Source of the DNA: Candidatus Latescibacterota bacterium
Lineage (GTDB): Bacteria; Latescibacterota; UBA2968; UBA8231
DNA: 64,000 nucleotides
Assembly: GCA_965248265.1 (NCBI GenBank)
Contig: CBDFJF010000001.1
Span: forward strand, 1,056,001 to 1,120,000
Reading direction: 5' to 3'
In this document: positions 60,400-64,000 of the stretch, in pieces
How positions within the stretch are numbered: the first letter of the stretch is position 1
Layout of the letters: the number at the start of each line of letters is the position of its first letter
Notes under the pieces: generated by a model
The model's database searches: none
Seen by the model: only the letters and a program-made list of their open reading frames with translations
Told to the model about the DNA's origin: nothing
Program-made: the position numbers and the translations under genes

Positions 60400-60620
60400 A
60401 AATTGCACGGCCTCCTCCTCCACGACCGCCGTCGTTGTTGCGCGGAATTGGTAAAGGCCGTCCCCAGTCGCCACCAGAACCAGGCCGGGCTAAGTCGGGT
60501 GTACAGCCAGGTCATTGAACCATGGCACTCCGCCAGGGCGTCTCCGATCGAACGCCAGTCGTTTCCGGCGTTGTCGCTTTGAAAGATCGATCTTGCCGAA
60601 TCAGGCCCCTTCCCAACCAA
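60400..60620 (-). pseudogene. Fragment of BNR-propeller secreted protein
   Basis: IFQSDNAGNDW, then (frameshift) PWFNDLAVHPT*PGLVLVATGDGLYQF..TAVVEEE. Confidence 0.5.
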
Positions 60621-60624
60621 CAGC

Positions 60625-60903
60625 GCTGACTGGCTGGCACCGCTGCGCGCACAGATGAAGGTGGTTTTTATTACTGGCTACCCGGGAGACGATGCGCTAC
60701 AGAATCTCTTGGCAAACTCGGATTTCGCTTTTCTAGCCAAGCCGTTCACGCGTACTGCACTGCTCACCAAGGTCCGGAAGAGTCTGGACAGCTAGCTGGA
60801 AATACCCACTTCTGCCTGTACCCCACTGCTACGCAACTGCTCGATCTCCCTCTTCAGCGCCTCAATCTGCGTCTCGTAGTCCTTGGTGACCGAGGGCCAC
60901 TCC
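60625..60903 (+). repeat. Diverged direct repeat copy B (remnant kinase 3' end + intact PNPOx-like 3' end)
   Basis: Encodes an orphan ADWLAPLRAQMKVVFITGY...RKSLDS*; see copy A. Confidence 0.9.
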
Positions 60904-61433
60904 TCCTCCGTGAACCGTGGCGTGATGTGTTGCGGGCAGTTCCAATCGAAGGCCGCAACCTTGAACACGAACGCCCGTTCGATCTTGCCTTTGTAGCCAG
61001 GGTTTTCCAGCTGCAGTTTGAGATCTGGCCGCTCGTCGATGTCGAAGACATCTGCACGAGCCGCAATCTTCAACCTCTTCTTGTTCGCGTAGTCCATGAA
61101 GAAGAGAGCCACGCGGTTGTCGTGTCGGAGATTGCCCGTACTGATGTACTGCAGGTTGCCGCGAAAGTCAGCGTAGGCCAGCGTGGTGTCATCGAGCACC
61201 TTGAGGAACCCCTGCGGACCACCTCGAAATTGTAGGTATGGCCAGCCCGTATCGCTCACCGTGGCCATGTAGAAACCATCGCGTTGGGCGATAAAGTCTG
61301 ACTCCCTCTCAGTGAGATGGGCATCCGGCCAGTCCATGGCCTCCATCTTCTTGTTCTGCCGTCTAGTCCCGTAGTGTTCTTGAGTCTGTTTGACGCCGTC
61401 CGTGTACATGATTTGCGGATACTTGCGGGTCAT
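60792..61433 (-). CDS. Pyridoxamine 5'-phosphate oxidase-like FMN-binding protein
   Basis: FYMATV...GWPYLQFRGGP.GFLKVLD, ADFRGN.QYIS.GN, FDWNCPQHITPR. Confidence 0.92.
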   Translation of the reverse strand: MTRKYPQIMYTDGVKQTQEHYGTRRQNKKMEAMDWPDAHLTERESDFIAQRDGFYMATVSDTGWPYLQFRGGPQGFLKVLDDTTLAYADFRGNLQYISTGNLRHDNRVALFFMDYANKKRLKIAARADVFDIDERPDLKLQLENPGYKGKIERAFVFKVAAFDWNCPQHITPRFTEEEWPSVTKDYETQIEALKREIEQLRSSGVQAEVGISS

Positions 61434-61813
61434 CGTCTTGTCTCTCCGGTTGATTCAGCACTTAACTCGTGTGCCGGCGCCTCCCCCAGATGTGCCTCGA
61501 TCCTTTCGGCTAATTCGCTCCTCGAAATCATCCCCTCAACTTTGTCTACGGCGCGCCCGCTGCTGAAGAGGAGTAGCGTCGGGATCGACGCTACTCCCAT
61601 TCTCTGAGCGAGTTGCCGCTGCCTGTCGAAGTCGACGGTAACGAACGTCGCCTTCCCTGAAAACTTCCCAGCCAGAGCATGAATTATGAGGTTGACAATC
61701 CTGGCTGATCCACTCCAGTCTGCGCTGAAACAAACCACGACAGGTTGAGGATTTTCGAGCACCATCAGACGAAACTTCGCGTCTGTCAGGGCGGTAACGA
61801 GCTGGTTGTTCAC
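61430..61813 (-). CDS. Thioredoxin-fold protein lacking the CxxC motif
   Basis: PVVVCFSADWSGSA in place of F.A.WCGPC; retains V.SIPTLLLF..G. Confidence 0.8.
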   Translation of the reverse strand: MNNQLVTALTDAKFRLMVLENPQPVVVCFSADWSGSARIVNLIIHALAGKFSGKATFVTVDFDRQRQLAQRMGVASIPTLLLFSSGRAVDKVEGMISRSELAERIEAHLGEAPAHELSAESTGETRR

Positions 61814-62592
61814 TTGAACGAGACCTTCTGGTCAGCGGATGTGGCCTGCTGAATCGTCTCCACGGCTTCCTCGGTGGTCCATACGGTATTCGCCATGAAG
61901 CGAAAGTTGATTAATGCTGCCTGGTACCCGTCCCCTTCAGGCACGATGGCTGCCGCCGTGGCATCACTGACCACGGCGACCTCGAAGCCACGCTCCAGGA
62001 ACTCACGCATGTGGGCCTCCGTGCACAGGTTCGCAGACATGCCTCCAAGGATGACCTTGTCGATGCCTCGTTTTCTCAATTGCAGCATCAGGTCGTTGTT
62101 TTCGGGCCCGTACACCTTGTGTGGGTTTGCTACTACGGTATTTCCATCATTGATGTACGGCTTGTAGACTTCGAGCCAGTCCGCACCCGATCCCTCGAAT
62201 CCATCGATGTTCAAGGGACCCTTGCGGTCGAACATGCCGATGTTGTGCATGAGGACTTCGAGAGCTCCCTCAAACTTCCAGCCGTGGTCGGTTGGATAGT
62301 AGTAGTGCGGCGAAACGAATACCGGGATGCCGTTCGCCTTGGCCGTTTTCAGCAGCGCTTCGATGTTGGCCACGGTGTTGTTCTCGGTCACACTTGCGCC
62401 AACCACGCCCCAGGTCACGCCATCCGGGCTGAGGAAATCGTTCTGTGGATCCGTGATGACCAGGGCTGTACGCTCGGGGTCGATTTTCATCCCGGGATCG
62501 GGAAGGGCGAAGACGACAGAAGCCAAGCTGGAAATGATGAGCGCGATAATGGACAGAAACTGTGCCGTCAGAGACATCGTTAGGGATTTCAT
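61810..62592 (-). CDS. Isochorismatase-like cysteine hydrolase with signal peptide
   Basis: ITDPQNDF (Asp), PHK (Lys), GMSANLCTE (Cys); RBS GGAGAG. Confidence 0.9.
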   Translation of the reverse strand: MKSLTMSLTAQFLSIIALIISSLASVVFALPDPGMKIDPERTALVITDPQNDFLSPDGVTWGVVGASVTENNTVANIEALLKTAKANGIPVFVSPHYYYPTDHGWKFEGALEVLMHNIGMFDRKGPLNIDGFEGSGADWLEVYKPYINDGNTVVANPHKVYGPENNDLMLQLRKRGIDKVILGGMSANLCTEAHMREFLERGFEVAVVSDATAAAIVPEGDGYQAALINFRFMANTVWTTEEAVETIQQATSADQKVSFK

Positions 62593-62672
62593 CCTGTTCT
62601 CTCCATCTTAGGGTTGCGGTTTGATCGCTTTGTTTGGGTACATGGTTGTGAGGCCTTCACACCTCACCCGTT

Positions 62673-62688
62673 TGCAAGGGCCATGCCA
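62673..62688 (-). promoter_or_regulatory. Sigma54 (-24/-12) promoter of the cysteine-hydrolase operon
   Basis: Minus strand TGGCATGGCCCTTGCA = GG-N10-GC; AT-rich IHF-like tract at 62718-62747; divergent activator gene adjacent. Confidence 0.8.
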
Positions 62689-62899
62689 GGAAAGAACACT
62701 ATCCGGATAGATCCTGTAACATATTGTTAAAAATATTGTTATGACATTTCATCGAGTTAGACGATAGTCGAAATTCGGAGAAAGATCCTTGATATCGCGT
62801 GGCGCCCACGACATATCACGGAAATTGTCTCGACTTCTCCCGGGGTTCTGCGAAGGCCAGCAAAGTCACGCAACGACTGCAATACAAGATGACTTCAAC

Positions 62900-64000
62900 A
62901 TGATTGAAGAGCGCGCAGGCAACCCTCTTGAGCGCATCGCCCTGGAGATGACATCCAGCCTCGATCTGTCGGAGGTTCTGTCGTCCATCACCGAGGGATT
63001 GGTCGAGGATTTCGATGCCGCTTTCGCACGAATTTGGCTGATCCGTCCGGGTGATTTGTGTGAGGTATGCCACAAGGTCGATCTGTGCACAAACCGGCAG
63101 TCTTGTCTACATCTGACGGCCAGTGCGGGGATGTACACGAGCACTGCCGGCGATCACCGCCGAATTCCCATTGGAGCACTCAAGATCGGAGGCATCGCCC
63201 AGGACGGGTGCTCCCTGTCGACCAACGACTTGATGAATGATGACCGGGTACCTAACAAATCCTGGTTGAGAGAGAATGACCTGCGCTCCTTCGCCGGTCA
63301 CCCCTTGGTGTTTCGTGATGAAACCCTTGGGGTACTGGGTCTTTTCAGTCGAAGGCTGATGGAACAGGATGAGTTTGCCAGGATCGGCCTCTTTGCCAAT
63401 CAGGCGGCCGTCGCCATCAAGAACGCTCAGCTGTTCGAGGCCCTGCGCGAGGACATTACCAGTCGCAAGAAAGCAGAAGACGCGCTCGACTCGATGCGCG
63501 AAATGAACGAGCTGATCCTGCGGTCTGCGGGCGAAGGGATCTACGGACTGGATCGGGAAGGAAACACGACATTTGTGAATCCGGCTGCGGCCCAGATGCT
63601 GGGGTGGCAACCTGAGGACCTGTTGGGCAAACCCCAGCACGCCCTCATTCACCACACCCGTCCGGACGGACGAGCCTACGACCGCCAAGATTGTCCGATT
63701 TACGCCGCTTTCAAGGACGGACTCGTACACACAGTGAACGACGAGGTCTTCTGGCGCAAAGACGGCAGCAGCCTTCCCGTCGAGTACACCAGCACGCCCA
63801 TTCGGGATGATGACGGCCAACTCACGGGAGCGGTCGTAACCTTCCGAGACATCACCAAGCGCGTCGAGGCCGAGAACGGTCTGCGAGACGCTCTCGGCCA
63901 GGTCGAGCAGCTCAAGGACCGTCTTCAGGTAGAGAATACGTATCTGCAGGAAGAGATTCGGTTCGAGCACAACTTCAACGACATCATCAGTAGCAGTGAG
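62900..64000 (+). CDS. FhlA-like sigma54-dependent activator (GAF-PAS), 3' truncated by window edge; absent from ORF track
   Basis: Open from ATG 62900 to the window end: GAF (ARIWL.PGDLC..C.....C.....CLHL, FAGHPL), PAS (VNPAA..MLGW, FWRKDG), and ENTYLQEEIR.EHNF.DII, the linker that precedes the AAA+ domain. Confidence 0.88.
   Translation, partial: MIEERAGNPLERIALEMTSSLDLSEVLSSITEGLVEDFDAAFARIWLIRPGDLCEVCHKVDLCTNRQSCLHLTASAGMYTSTAGDHRRIPIGALKIGGIAQDGCSLSTNDLMNDDRVPNKSWLRENDLRSFAGHPLVFRDETLGVLGLFSRRLMEQDEFARIGLFANQAAVAIKNAQLFEALREDITSRKKAEDALDSMREMNELILRSAGEGIYGLDREGNTTFVNPAAAQMLGWQPEDLLGKPQHALIHHTRPDGRAYDRQDCPIYAAFKDGLVHTVNDEVFWRKDGSSLPVEYTSTPIRDDDGQLTGAVVTFRDITKRVEAENGLRDALGQVEQLKDRLQVENTYLQEEIRFEHNFNDIISSSE

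Noticed and set aside
1-64000. tRNA, rRNA, riboswitch or CRISPR elements
   Set aside because: None recognised by eye; a covariance-model scan (tRNAscan-SE, Infernal/Rfam) is needed to exclude small RNAs.

Overview
A GC-rich bacterial accessory region; no rRNA, tRNA or CRISPR array was seen. A secreted FG-GAP protein with a C-terminal NFPNPFN/FlgD-Ig sorting-type domain, plus PhyH dioxygenases, a sulfatase and BNR proteins, suggests an FCB-group organism such as Ca. Latescibacterota (inference only). 1-35 kb holds glycan/organic-catabolism genes: a YetA/PcRGLX-like protein, PhyH, a DapA-like aldolase, SGNH hydrolases, a sulfatase, a sialidase-like protein, two paralogous unknown ~700-aa proteins and a beta-propeller. 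It also carries a TAP-hydrolase-NatAB operon, phoD, higBA, an ABC exporter pair, and an intact IS3 element inserted in a membrane-protein gene. 35-60 kb is a dense signalling island: four permease-less family-3 solute-binding proteins (two with single nonsense codons), a porin, FapA/DUF342, several hybrid histidine kinases including an Amt-PAS-PAS-kinase fusion, and a TonB receptor next to a YfiR-coiled-coil-kinase. 60-64 kb is a sigma54 operon (cysteine hydrolase, Cys-less thioredoxin, PNPOx-like) opposite a 4-Cys-GAF/PAS FhlA-like activator missing from the ORF track. Structure not shown by the ORF track: three IS91/ISCR-like ori ends trailing cargo genes, a diverged direct repeat bracketing a ~10 kb island, a 19-bp-IR miniature element, a His-less helical tail shared by four kinases, and several single-base deletions that may be assembly errors. 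All calls come from motif recognition and hand alignment; no database searches were run.
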